Assembly: GCA_963804645.1 (NCBI GenBank)
Contig: CAWDRG010000015.1
Coordinates: 64,001-128,000, forward strand
Origin: an uncultured Bacillota bacterium
GTDB lineage: Bacteria; Sysuimicrobiota; Sysuimicrobiia; Sysuimicrobiales; Segetimicrobiaceae
DNA: 64,000 nt
Reading direction: 5' to 3'
Below the pieces are notes generated by a model, which worked only from the letters and a program-made list of their open reading frames with translations, ran no database searches and had not been told where the DNA came from. Below are positions 10,772-20,606 of the stretch, one piece after another. Position 1 is the stretch's first letter. Each line of letters begins with the position of its first letter. The position numbers and the translations under genes are program-made.

Positions 10772-11242
10772 GTGAGCGCGCACGTCATGGACCGCCTCTC
10801 CGCCTATCTCGACGGCGCCCTCGGCGCCGACGAGCTGGGGCGCGTCGAAGCGCACCTGGAGACGTGCGGCGGCTGCCTCCGCGAATACCAGGAGCTCCGG
10901 TCGCTGCAGCAGCTGCTGCGCGGGCTGCCGGAACCGTCGGCGGCCGAGGGCTTCGGCGAGCGGCTCCACTGGCGGCTGCAGCGCGAGGCGGCGCGGCCGG
11001 CGGCGCGAAGCTGGGTGTCGTGGCTGCGGGGCCGCCCGCTGCGCTTCGCGCTCGCCTGCGCCACCGTGCTGATGATCCTGGCGCTGCCGGCCGGCCACAT
11101 GATGACCCGCGAGACGCCTCTCGATGCGGATGCCTACCTGCGCGAGTACCTGATCCTGTCCGTCGACCAGCCGTTTGGCGACGAGACCGGCGCCACGATC
11201 GCGACCTCGGTTCCACCTTCGCTGGAGTCGCCGCGCCGATAG
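10772..11242 (+). CDS. Zinc-binding (ZAS / zf-HC2) membrane anti-sigma factor
   Basis: LSAYLDG, HxxxCxxC (HLETCGGC), single TM, short extracytoplasmic tail. Confidence 0.9.
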   Translation: MSAHVMDRLSAYLDGALGADELGRVEAHLETCGGCLREYQELRSLQQLLRGLPEPSAAEGFGERLHWRLQREAARPAARSWVSWLRGRPLRFALACATVLMILALPAGHMMTRETPLDADAYLREYLILSVDQPFGDETGATIATSVPPSLESPRR

Positions 11243-11244
11243 CC

Positions 11245-13695
11245 ATGGGTGCGTGGATCCGCCGTCCGGTTGCCTGCCTGGCGATCGGCGTGCTGGGGTG
11301 GGCTGTGCTTGCCGCCGCCCTGGTGCCGACTCCTGCGTGGCCGCAGCCTGTCGAAGGGGACGCGCTGCAGTGGCTGCGCTCGGCGGCCGCCGCCATGAGC
11401 CGGGTCAGCTACGAGGGGACCCGGACCGTGACGGTGTGGGCGGCGGGCGTGACCGCGCTCCAGCTCCACGAGTACCACGAGGCGCCGGACCGGACGCGGC
11501 TCGAGTACCAGGCGGCCGGCGACCAGCCGGAGCGCATCGTGGTGATCTCGGGGACTACGCAGACGACGTACATCCCGTCGCGCAACGAGGTGATCCGGGC
11601 GCCGGCCCCGCAGGCGCAGGTCCAGGCCCCGGTGCAGCAGCTGCTGCCGCAGCTCGCCCGAAACTACGACGTCCGGTTTGACGGCACCGACGAGGTCGCG
11701 GGCCGGCGGACGCGGATCATCGACGTCCAGAGCCGGTTTCCGAACCGGCCTCATCTCCGTGTCTGGGTCGATGAGAAGACGCGCCTCATCCTCCGCTTCG
11801 AGCGCTACGGCCCCGACAACACCCTGCGGCAGGCGTCGGCGTTCATCGCGATCACGATCAACCCGCCGTTCGCCGCGGGGCTGTTTGACATCGCGCCCGC
11901 GCTCGGCACCCAGGTCCAGACGCAGCAGCCCGCCGAGAAACTGACGATCGAGGAGATCGCGGCGCGTGTCGGGTTCATCCCGCAGCTGCCGTCGTACCTG
12001 CCGTCGGGCTACAAGATCGTCGGCTCGCGCGTCGTGGACGTGCACGGCGTGCCGACGGTGGCATTCCAGTTCTTCGACGGCGTCGCGAATCTGACGCTGT
12101 TCGAAAGCCACGGCGCCGAGGGCGCGCCCCCGAACTCACAGCCCGTCGAGGTCGGGACGGTGCCCGGCACCGTCCTCGCCCGCGGCGGCAACAGCGTGCT
12201 GCACTGGAACGCCAACGGGGTGTCGTTCACCCTCGTCGGGGAGAGCCTCTCGGCCCAAGAGATGGTCCGGGTCGGCAGCTCGGTGCCCCCCGCGAGCGGC
12301 GGGCAGGCGCCGACGGGATGGCGGATGCGGGCGCGCGCGTGGCTGGCGGCGCTCGTCCGGCCGCCCGCCGCGGAGGCGGCGCCGCGGAGCACGCCGGCGG
12401 CCGCGGCGCCCGCGGTGCCGCCCGTGCCGCTGTCCCCCTACATGACAAACGACACCCACGTGATCGGCCCCGGCATCGTGGCGGAGGAGCGGGCGGTCTG
12501 GCGCGTGCTCGTCGCGCGGCGTCTCTCGCCGATCGTCGTGAAGGTCACGATCGCCAGCGACGGCGTCACGAAGACCCCCGACGGCCGGCTGGCCCGCCTC
12601 GCCTGGGTGTGGTTCGTCTACGGCATGGACTGGACCGGCGGCGCCGCGGCCGCGGTGCGGGAGGTGCAGGCGAGCGGGTACGCGCTCGGCGCGGCGGCGT
12701 TCGCGGGAGACTCCCGGGTCACGCGCGTGCTGCTGACCGGGTACTATCAGGAGTCGGGGCGCTTCGACGGGCGGCGCACGGACGCCACGTTCACGGCCCA
12801 GCTGTTCCGCGACCGCTTTCGGGGCGAACGCCCGGGCGTGGCGCCGGGCGCGGGGCTCGCCGCCGCGGGCGACGCGTGGTACGCTCCCGCGCTGCGCGCC
12901 GGCGACCTGATCGAGCAGCAGTACGAGATCCACGATCCGCACATGCCGCTCAGCGAGCGGCTGCAGCGGCACCTGCCGCCCCCTCCGGGCGACCGCACCG
13001 CCGAGTCCGCGGAAAACTTCCACGGCGGCCTCGTGGCGCTCGTCTACGAGATCAAGGCCCGGATGCAGAGCCTGCTGTTCGGGGGCGAGAGCCAGGGGCG
13101 GCTGTGGCGGGGCAACCCGCGGCTGCGGGATGTCGCGCTGACGTTCGACGACGGCCCGAGCCCGCTGACGACGCCGCTGCTCCTCTCGATCCTTCAGCGG
13201 TACGGCGCCCACGGCACGTTCTTCGTCATCGGCGAACACGCGCAAGCCTACCCGTATTTTCTCGCCGAGATGGCCGCGGACGGGGATGAGATCGGCGACC
13301 ATACCTACCACCACCCGAACCTGTCGTCGCTCGACGATGCCACGGTCGGCGCGGAGATCGATGCGGGCGCCGCGGTGATTCACGCGGCGGTGCCCGGCGC
13401 GCGCCTGGTGTGGTTCCGCCCGCCCGGCGGCGATTACACGACGGCCGTCGTGGCGGCCGCCCACCGCGTGGGGCTGGGACTCGCGATGTGGACGGAGAAT
13501 TCGGGGGATTGGATGCTGCCGCCGGCGAACATCGTGGCGCAGCGCGTGATGGCGCGTGCGGAGCCCGGGGCGGTGATCCTCCTGCACAACGGGACGCTGA
13601 ACACCGTCCGGGCGCTGCCGGATATCATTGTCAATTTGCAGCGGCGGGGATACCGGCTCGTGACCCTCTCGCAGCTGGCGCAGGACTCGGAGTAG
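11245..13695 (+). CDS. Exported RseB/MucB-like protein fused to an unknown domain and a C-terminal NodB-type polysaccharide deacetylase
   Basis: Signal peptide; SYEG..., VAGRRT, VWVDEKTRLILR, LPSYLPSGY, FDG..NLTLFE (MucB/RseB-LolA-like); TFDDGP, HTYHH, FRPPGG, DW, LLH (CE4 motifs); one 816-aa ORF. Confidence 0.8.
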   Translation: MGAWIRRPVACLAIGVLGWAVLAAALVPTPAWPQPVEGDALQWLRSAAAAMSRVSYEGTRTVTVWAAGVTALQLHEYHEAPDRTRLEYQAAGDQPERIVVISGTTQTTYIPSRNEVIRAPAPQAQVQAPVQQLLPQLARNYDVRFDGTDEVAGRRTRIIDVQSRFPNRPHLRVWVDEKTRLILRFERYGPDNTLRQASAFIAITINPPFAAGLFDIAPALGTQVQTQQPAEKLTIEEIAARVGFIPQLPSYLPSGYKIVGSRVVDVHGVPTVAFQFFDGVANLTLFESHGAEGAPPNSQPVEVGTVPGTVLARGGNSVLHWNANGVSFTLVGESLSAQEMVRVGSSVPPASGGQAPTGWRMRARAWLAALVRPPAAEAAPRSTPAAAAPAVPPVPLSPYMTNDTHVIGPGIVAEERAVWRVLVARRLSPIVVKVTIASDGVTKTPDGRLARLAWVWFVYGMDWTGGAAAAVREVQASGYALGAAAFAGDSRVTRVLLTGYYQESGRFDGRRTDATFTAQLFRDRFRGERPGVAPGAGLAAAGDAWYAPALRAGDLIEQQYEIHDPHMPLSERLQRHLPPPPGDRTAESAENFHGGLVALVYEIKARMQSLLFGGESQGRLWRGNPRLRDVALTFDDGPSPLTTPLLLSILQRYGAHGTFFVIGEHAQAYPYFLAEMAADGDEIGDHTYHHPNLSSLDDATVGAEIDAGAAVIHAAVPGARLVWFRPPGGDYTTAVVAAAHRVGLGLAMWTENSGDWMLPPANIVAQRVMARAEPGAVILLHNGTLNTVRALPDIIVNLQRRGYRLVTLSQLAQDSE

Positions 13696-13697
13696 CG

Positions 13698-14441
13698 ATG
13701 GCGACGCACGACCGGGAAATGACCCTGCTCGAGCACCTGGACGAGCTGCGCGTCCGGCTGACGCGCGCGGTTCTCGGGCTGCTCGTCGCGACCATGGCCG
13801 GATTGATCTTCGTCGACCGGCTGCTGGTGCTGCTGCTGCACCCGCTCGGCGGGATCAGGCTGACGACCCTAACCGTGCTCGAGCCGTTTCTCGTCAAGAT
13901 GAAGATCTCGTTCCTGTTTGGCATCATCTTCAGCATGCCGTGGGTCGTCTACCAGCTGTTCGCGTTCATCAACCCGGCGCTTACCGAGCACGAGCGGCGC
14001 AAGACCGTGCCGATCGCGCTGCTCGCCGGCGCGCTGTTCGCCTGCGGCGTCGTCTTCGCCTACGAATTCGTCATGCCAATCAGCACGCACTGGCTGCTGG
14101 CCCAGGCGGGCGGGCAGTTCAACGTGCTGATCACCGCCAATTCGTACATCACCTACGTCTTGTTTTTTCTGGCGATTGTAGGCGCGACGTTCGAGACGCC
14201 GCTGCTGATCCTCGGGCTCGCGATGCTCGGGCTCGTCACTCCCCAAACGCTGCGGAAGGAGTGGCGGATCGCCTACCTGATCGCCGCCGCGATCGCCGTG
14301 CTCGGGACCCCCGACTGGAGCCCGGTCACGATGGGCCTGGTGTTCGTCCCCATGATCCTGCTCTACCACTTCAGCATCCTGCTGTGCCGGATCTTCATCC
14401 GGCCGCCGCGGCCCGAGCCCGTCACCTCCGTGGGGGTCTAG
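13698..14441 (+). CDS. tatC: Twin-arginine translocase subunit TatC
   Basis: EMTLLEHLDELRVRL, YQLFAFINPAL..HER, FETPL, TPD. Confidence 0.95.
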   Translation: MATHDREMTLLEHLDELRVRLTRAVLGLLVATMAGLIFVDRLLVLLLHPLGGIRLTTLTVLEPFLVKMKISFLFGIIFSMPWVVYQLFAFINPALTEHERRKTVPIALLAGALFACGVVFAYEFVMPISTHWLLAQAGGQFNVLITANSYITYVLFFLAIVGATFETPLLILGLAMLGLVTPQTLRKEWRIAYLIAAAIAVLGTPDWSPVTMGLVFVPMILLYHFSILLCRIFIRPPRPEPVTSVGV

Positions 14442-14524
14442 CGGGCCGGCGCCGCCGGGGAATCCCGTCCCAAGACCCCGTTCCGGGACACCCCGGAACA
14501 ATTGCGACGCATTCGCCGTGTTTC

Positions 14525-14533
14525 TGTTATAAT
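14525..14533 (+). promoter_or_regulatory. Extended -10 promoter element
   Basis: TGTTATAAT 11 nt before the GTG at 14545; no SD visible. Confidence 0.55.
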
Positions 14534-14544
14534 GTCGCACGATA

Positions 14545-16076
14545 GTGTTCACGACCCGTCGACCCTCTGCGAACCGCCTCCGCAGCGCCGCGGCCCTTTG
14601 CCTCGCGGCAGCGTGCGCGCTGATTCCGAGCGGGTGGAGCGCGGCCAACGTTGTCCCGCGGTCGATCGCGGTGGACTGCACGATCTCCGTCCCGGTGTAC
14701 GTCGCGGGCGCCACTCCCTCGGGCGTCGCCGCGGCCGTGAGCGCCGCCCGGATCGGTGAGCCCGTGCTCGTCACCGAGGAGCGTCCCTACCCGGGCGGCG
14801 ATCTGACCGGCCCGATGCTCAACATGTTCGACATGGACTACGGGCCGAACGACGAGCAGCTCGCGCAGGGCGTGTTCACGGACATCTACCGCCGGCTGGG
14901 GCTGACGTTTGACGTGGAGTACGCGAAGCGCGTGTTCCGCGGGGAGCTGCACCGGGAGCCGCTGATCACGACGCAGTACTACGAGCGGCCCGTCGCGGTG
15001 TCGATGGACGGCGAGCGGGTCAAAGAGGTCGTGCTCGAGAACACGCTGACGCACGTCCAGGAGACGGTGTGCGCGAAGCGGGTCGTGGACGCGACGGACG
15101 ACGCGGACATCGCCGCGATGGCGGGCGTGCCGTACACGCTCGGCCGCGAGTCGTCCGGCATCGACCGGTCGATGATGTCCGCCACGCTGATGTTCGAGCT
15201 CGGCGGCGTGCAGTGGCACCAGGTGGTGGCATACGTTACCGGCGTGCGGCGGCACCAGCGGATCGGCGCGGCCGGCAGCTACCACGGCAACGTGTGGGGC
15301 TATGCCGCGCTCATGCAGGAGTATCATCCCACGCGGCCGGACGTCGCGATCTACGACCTCAACCTCGGCCTGCAGGACGACGGGTCCGTGCTGGTCAACG
15401 GCCTGCTGCTGTTTGGCGTCGACGGTACGGATCCCGCGTCGGTGGCGCGCGCGATGCGCCACGGCCGCGACGAGCTCACCCCGCTGGTGGAGTACCTGCG
15501 GGAGATGGCGCCCGGATTCGACCACGCGTACCTCATCCGCCCGGCGGACTACCTCTACATTCGAGAGACGCGGCACATGCGTGGCCTCTACACGTTGGGC
15601 CTGCCAGGATCTTGTCGCGGGCCGGGTCTTCTGGGACGCGGTCGGGGTGGCGAGTTACCCGATCGACCTGCATCCGTACCGTCCCGGGGAGTTCAGCCCG
15701 TTCGCGGCGCGTCGGTACTTTTACACCATCCCGCTCCGCGCCCTCGTGCCGTACGGCGTCAGCAACCTGCTGATCGCGAGCCGCGTCGATCTCGGCGACC
15801 TACGAGGCGGCGGGCTCGGCGCGCGTCGTGCCGACGACGATGGAAGAGGGGCAGGCCGCCGGTGCGGCCGCGGTGATCTCGATTCTGAACAAGGTGTCGG
15901 TTCCGCAGATGACCGAGCAGCCGGATCTCGTGCACGCCCTCCAGGCCGCGCTGCACGACCAGGGCGCGTACTTGCTGCCCGAGACGCTCGCGGCGATCGG
16001 GCATCGACCCGACTCCTCGTCGACCGTCGGCGACCATCAACCGCCGGTCGCGGCGGCGCCCGCGTCCGGACACTGA
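14545..16076 (+). pseudogene. Exported FAD-dependent oxidoreductase (FAD_oxidored-type) split by two +1 frameshifts; may be intact if these are assembly errors
   Basis: VAGATPSGVAAAVSAAR, VVDATDDADIA, YIRETR in frame 1; SYPIDLH..IPLRALVP..NLLIASR in frame 2 after ~15604; ISATYEAAGSARVVPTTMEEGQAAG in frame 3 after ~15785. Confidence 0.75.
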
Positions 16077-16119
16077 CCGTCCGGGCCGCGCACCCACGCC
16101 GCGGCCCGCGTGCAGGAGG

Positions 16120-16701
16120 ATGAGTGTGGCGGACACCACGCGTCTCCCGCCCGGCCAGACCCGCACCGAGAAGTGGCCCGTCCTGCACTACGGCGGCATT
16201 CCGAAGATCGATCTCGCGACGTGGGAGTTCACCGTCTCCGGCGAGGTGGAGGCGCCCGTGCGTTGGACGTGGGAGGAGTTCACGGCGCTGCCGCGCACGA
16301 CCGTGCCGTGCGATATTCACTGCGTCACCCAATGGTCCCGATTCGACAACCGCTTCGAAGGCGTGTCGTGCCGCGAGGTCCTGCGCCACGTGACGCCGCG
16401 CCCCGGGGCGGCGTTCGTCATGGTGCATTCCTACGGCGGGTACACGACGAACATCTCGCTCGACGCCCTGCTCGACGACGATACGCTGTTCGCGTTCTCG
16501 CACGACGGGCAGCCTCTGACCCCTGACCACGGGTGGCCGTGCCGCCTGGTTGTGCCGAAGCGGTACTTCTGGAAGAGCGCCAAGTGGGTCCACGGGATCG
16601 AACTGATGCTCCAGGACCGGCCTGGATTCTGGGAGCAGAACGGCTACAACATGCACGGGGACCCTTGGAAGGAGGAGCGGTTCTCGGACCCCTGGGGTTG
16701 A
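16120..16701 (+). CDS. Sulfite-oxidase-like molybdopterin oxidoreductase (YuiH-like)
   Basis: RLPPGQ, WPVLHYG, DIHCVTQWS, HGWPCRLVVP, WKSAKW, GFWEQNGY..GDPWKEER. Confidence 0.92.
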   Translation: MSVADTTRLPPGQTRTEKWPVLHYGGIPKIDLATWEFTVSGEVEAPVRWTWEEFTALPRTTVPCDIHCVTQWSRFDNRFEGVSCREVLRHVTPRPGAAFVMVHSYGGYTTNISLDALLDDDTLFAFSHDGQPLTPDHGWPCRLVVPKRYFWKSAKWVHGIELMLQDRPGFWEQNGYNMHGDPWKEERFSDPWG

Positions 16702-16761
16702 GGCGCGCCGCGCCGCCCCTGCTGGCCGCGTGAGAGGAGGTGCGTGCGGGGGAGGCTGAGC

Positions 16762-17053
16762 ATGGAGCTGTTTATTTTCGGACGGTTTCACGCCAGTCCG
16801 GGCAAAGAGCGTGCTGTTGAGGAGGCGGTGCACTGCGGTAGTCGGGTCCCACCCGGGCGGAGGCCGGCTGTCTGCGCATTCACGCGTTTCGCTCGACCCG
16901 AGATGCGCGCCTGTTCTATATTCACTCGCGGTGGGCAGACGAGGACGCGTTCGAGCGACACGCCGCGCTGCCGCACACGGTGCGCTTCATCGAGCGCGTG
17001 GAGCCGCTGATCGACCACCCCTCGACGTGACGCGGACGACGTTGATCGGGTGA
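16762..17053 (+). pseudogene. Antibiotic-biosynthesis-monooxygenase (ABM) family gene with about three frameshifts
   Basis: MELFIFGRFHASPGKERAVEEAV / PTRAEAGCLRIHAFRSTRDARLFYIHSRWADEDAFERHAALPHTVRF / LDVTRTTLIG are spread over different frames. Confidence 0.7.
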
Positions 17054-17225
17054 CCTCGCGTCCGCGGCGCCCGTGCGCCCCCGCGCGGCGGTCGCCGCGC
17101 AGGAGACCCGCCGATCGCATCACGAAGCACCGTCCGATGGCCTCGTCCGTGATGACGGTCCGTGACAGGGCGCGCCGGCCTCCGATTCGCCGCAGAGGGG
17201 CGTCGGCGGGCGCGCGGGACCGCCG

Positions 17226-18538
17226 GTGATCTGGAACGCGCCTGCGGAGACGATGCCCCGCGATGAACTCGCGGCCCTCCAACTGGCCCGGCTGCAGGCG
17301 CTCGCGCGGCGCGTCTACGAGCGCGTACCGTTTTACCGCGCGGCGTTCGACCGTGCGGGGGTGCGCCCCGATCAGATCCGGGCCCTCGACGATCTTCGGC
17401 GGCTGCCGACAACGCGGAAGACCGATCTGCGCGACCAGTACCCGTTCGGGCTGTTCGCGGTCCCGATGAACCAGATCGTGCGGCTGCACGCGTCGTCCGG
17501 CACCACCGGCAAGCCCACGGTCGTCGGCTACACGCGCGCCGATCTCGGCGTCTGGGCCGAGGTGTGTGCGCGCGCCCTGGCGGCGAGCGGGGCCCAGCCC
17601 GGCGACGTGTTTCACAACGCCTACGGCTACGGGTTGTTCACCGGCGGTCTCGGCATGCACTACGGCGGGGAGCTGATGGGGCTCGCCGTCGTGCCGGTCT
17701 CGGGCGGCAACACCGAACGGCAGCTGCTGCTGATTCAGGACTTTCGGCCTCGGGTGATCGCCTGCACGCCGTCGTACATGCTGACGCTCGCCGAGGCGGC
17801 GGTCGAGCGGGGGCTGGATCTGGCCTCCCTCTCGCTGCGGTACGCGGTGCTGGGCGCGGAGCCGTGGACCGACGCGATGCGCCGCCAGATTGAGCGGCAG
17901 CTGCCGCTCAAGGCCGTGAACATCTACGGGTTGAGCGAGGTGATCGGCCCCGGGGTCAGCAACGAGTGCGTCGAAGCCCAGGACGGCTCGCACGTCTTTG
18001 AGGATCACTTTCTCGTCGAGGCGCTCGACCCCAAGACGAGCGACCCGGTGGCCCCGGGCGAGCCCGGTGAACTGGTGTTTACGACGCTGACCAAGGAAGC
18101 GCTGCCGCTGATCCGGTACCGGACCGGGGATATCGCGTCGCTGGATCCCGCGCCGTGCCGGTGCGGGCGGACCCACGTGCGCATGTCGCTCGTGATCGGA
18201 CGGACCGACGACATGCTGATCATCCGCGGCGTCAACGTGTTTCCGTCTCAGGTCGAGACGGTGCTGGTGCGGTTCGACGAGCTGTCGCCCCACTACCAGC
18301 TCGTCGTCACACGGCCGCGGACCCTCGACGAACTCGAGGCACGGATCGAGGTGGCGCCGGAGTGGTCCGGCGCCGCGCGGTGAGCGGGCGCGCGGCGACC
18401 GCGCTGCGCGAGCGGGTCGCCTCGCGGCTCCGCGGCGTGCTCGGCATCGGGGTCCACGTGACGCTGGTCGCGCCCGGGCAGCTGCCCCGCAGCGAGGGCG
18501 GCAAGCTGCGCCGGGTGGTCGACGAGCGCCGGCGCTGA
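17226..18538 (+). CDS. paaK: Phenylacetate-CoA ligase; frameshift near 18375-18380 separates the last ~50 codons
   Basis: [59 protein letters not shown]-terminus [16 protein letters not shown] in another frame. Confidence 0.88.
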
Positions 18539-18658
18539 TCGCACCCGCTCCCGGGCGTCCCGCGGAGCGGCCTCACCGGATGGTTCGGGCGACGGACGGC
18601 GGCCCGCCGTCGCCCCGCGGTTGATCCTCGCGGGCCGAGCGACGAAGGGGAGGCGACC

Positions 18659-19327
18659 ATGCCCAAGATCGGTGTGATCCACACGACGCGCGTGTCGGTG
18701 CCGCTCCTGCGCGATGCGTTCGCGCAGGCCGCGCCGGAGATCGAACTGATGGATCTCGTGCACGACGGCCTCTTGACCGAGGTCATGCGCGCCGGCGGGC
18801 TCACGCCCGCGATCGTCCGCGTGCTCTGCCGTCACGTCATGTCGATGGCCGACCTCGGCTGCGACGCCGTGCTGGCGGCGTGCTCCTCGGTGTCCGAGGG
18901 GTTTGATGTCGCGCGCACCCTCGTCCCGATTCCGGTCGTCAAGATCGACGAGGCCATGGCCGACGAAGCGGTGCGATCGGCCGAGCGGATCGCCGTGGTG
19001 GCGACCGTCAAAACCACTCTGGATCCCACGGCCCGTCTCATCCAGCGCAAGGGGGTCGAGCGGAACCGCGCGGTCCGCCTCGATGTCCGGCTCGTGCCCG
19101 GCGCGTTCGACGCGCTCGTCAGCGGCAATGGCGCGCTCCACGATCAGAAGGTGCTCGACGAGGTGCGGGATGCCGCGCGCACGGCGGATCTCGTCGTGCT
19201 CGCGCAGGCCTCGATGTCGCGGCTGCTGCCGGTCCTCGGGCCCGACGTGCGCGTCCCGGTCCTGACCAGCCCGGGGCTGGCCGTGAAGCGCGTGTTGGAC
19301 TCGGTGCGAACGTCCGGCGCGGTCTGA
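18659..19327 (+). CDS. Asp/Glu/hydantoin-racemase-fold protein (CSS...LAQASM subgroup)
   Basis: IGVIHT, ACSS, IDEAMA, VVATVKTT, VVLAQASM, VLTSP. Confidence 0.75.
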   Translation: MPKIGVIHTTRVSVPLLRDAFAQAAPEIELMDLVHDGLLTEVMRAGGLTPAIVRVLCRHVMSMADLGCDAVLAACSSVSEGFDVARTLVPIPVVKIDEAMADEAVRSAERIAVVATVKTTLDPTARLIQRKGVERNRAVRLDVRLVPGAFDALVSGNGALHDQKVLDEVRDAARTADLVVLAQASMSRLLPVLGPDVRVPVLTSPGLAVKRVLDSVRTSGAV

Positions 19328-19340
19328 CGCCGGCGCCGTC

Positions 19341-20606
19341 GTGGTCCTGCTGGGCTGCATCGCCGACGACTTCACGGGCGCGACGGACCTCGCCGACACG
19401 CTCGCGCGCGGCGGCATGCGAACGGTCCAGCTGATCGAGACGCCGGAGGCGGGACCGGCTCCGGCCGGCGTCGACGCGGTGGTCATCGCGCTGAAGACCC
19501 GCACGGTGCCGGCCGCCGAGGCGGTCGACCGGTCGCTCGGCGCGCTCCGCTGGCTGCGGGACGCGGGCGCGCGCCAGGTCTTTTTCAAGTACTGTTCCAC
19601 GTTTGACTCCACCGACGCCGGCAACATCGGCCCGGTCGCCGACGCGCTGCTCGAGGCGCTCCGGGAGCCGTTCACGGTGGCCTGCCCGGCGTTTCCGGAG
19701 AACGGGCGCACCGTGTACCAGGGCCATTTGTTCGTCGGGGATCAGCTGCTGTCCGACTCGCCGATGCGGCACCACCCGCTGACGCCGATGACCGACAGCA
19801 ACTTGGTTCGGGTGCTGGGGCGGCAGACGCGCCACCGGGTGGGCCTGATCCCGTACGCCACGGTCGCCGCGGGCTCCGGTGCGATTCGCCGGGCGATCGA
19901 CGCGCTGCGCCGCGAGGGGAGCGCCTATGCCATCGTCGACGCCTTGGACGGTGCGGCGTTGGACGCGGTCGGCGAGGCGTGCGCGGACCTGCGGCTCGTG
20001 ACCGGAGGATCCGGCGTCGCGCGGGGACTCCCCCACAACTTTCGCCAGCGGGGCTTGCTGGCCGCCGCCGAGGCCGCGCCCGTCCTCGGGTCCCCGGGGG
20101 GGCGCGCGGCCGTGCTCGCCGGGAGCTGTTCGGCGGCGACGCTCGCCCAAGTGGCGGCGGGGCGCGGCGCGTGGCCGTCGTTCGCCGTCGATCCGATGGC
20201 GCTCGCCTCGGGCGTGGACGTGGCGGCCCAGGCGAGCCGGTGGGCCGAGGTGCACCTGGCGCGGGGACCGATCCTGATCTACTCGACCGCGCCGCCGGAC
20301 GAGGTGGCCCGCGTGCAGGCGGCGCTCGGCCGCGACCGCGCGGGGGCACTCGTCGAGGGCGCGTTCGCGGCGATCGCCGCATCTCTCGTGGATCTCGGCG
20401 TCCGCCGCCTCGTCGTGGCCGGGGGAGAGACCGCCGGCGCCGTCGTCAAGGCCCTCGGGATCCATGCGCTGCGCATCGGGCCGCCGATCGAGCCCGGCGT
20501 TCCGTGGACGCTGAGCGTCGAGATCCCTCCGATCGCCCTGGCGCTGAAGTCCGGGAACTTTGGGACGCCCGAGTTCTTCTCGCGGGCCCTGGAGATGATG
20601 CGATGA
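19341..20606 (+). CDS. otnK: 3-oxo-tetronate kinase (DUF1537 four-carbon acid sugar kinase family)
   Basis: LGCIADDFTGATD, FKYCSTFDST, HPLTPMTDS, GSCS, VAGGET, LALKSGNFG. Confidence 0.9.
   Translation: MVLLGCIADDFTGATDLADTLARGGMRTVQLIETPEAGPAPAGVDAVVIALKTRTVPAAEAVDRSLGALRWLRDAGARQVFFKYCSTFDSTDAGNIGPVADALLEALREPFTVACPAFPENGRTVYQGHLFVGDQLLSDSPMRHHPLTPMTDSNLVRVLGRQTRHRVGLIPYATVAAGSGAIRRAIDALRREGSAYAIVDALDGAALDAVGEACADLRLVTGGSGVARGLPHNFRQRGLLAAAEAAPVLGSPGGRAAVLAGSCSAATLAQVAAGRGAWPSFAVDPMALASGVDVAAQASRWAEVHLARGPILIYSTAPPDEVARVQAALGRDRAGALVEGAFAAIAASLVDLGVRRLVVAGGETAGAVVKALGIHALRIGPPIEPGVPWTLSVEIPPIALALKSGNFGTPEFFSRALEMMR

Noticed and set aside
17054..17225. CAGGAGACCCGCC resembling the 3' end of a cobalamin riboswitch
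   Set aside because: The upstream B12-element parts are missing and the downstream gene (paaK) does not fit.
18375..18385. TGA in paaK as selenocysteine or programmed read-through
   Set aside because: The homologous C-terminus continues in a different frame, so this is an indel rather than an in-frame recoded stop.
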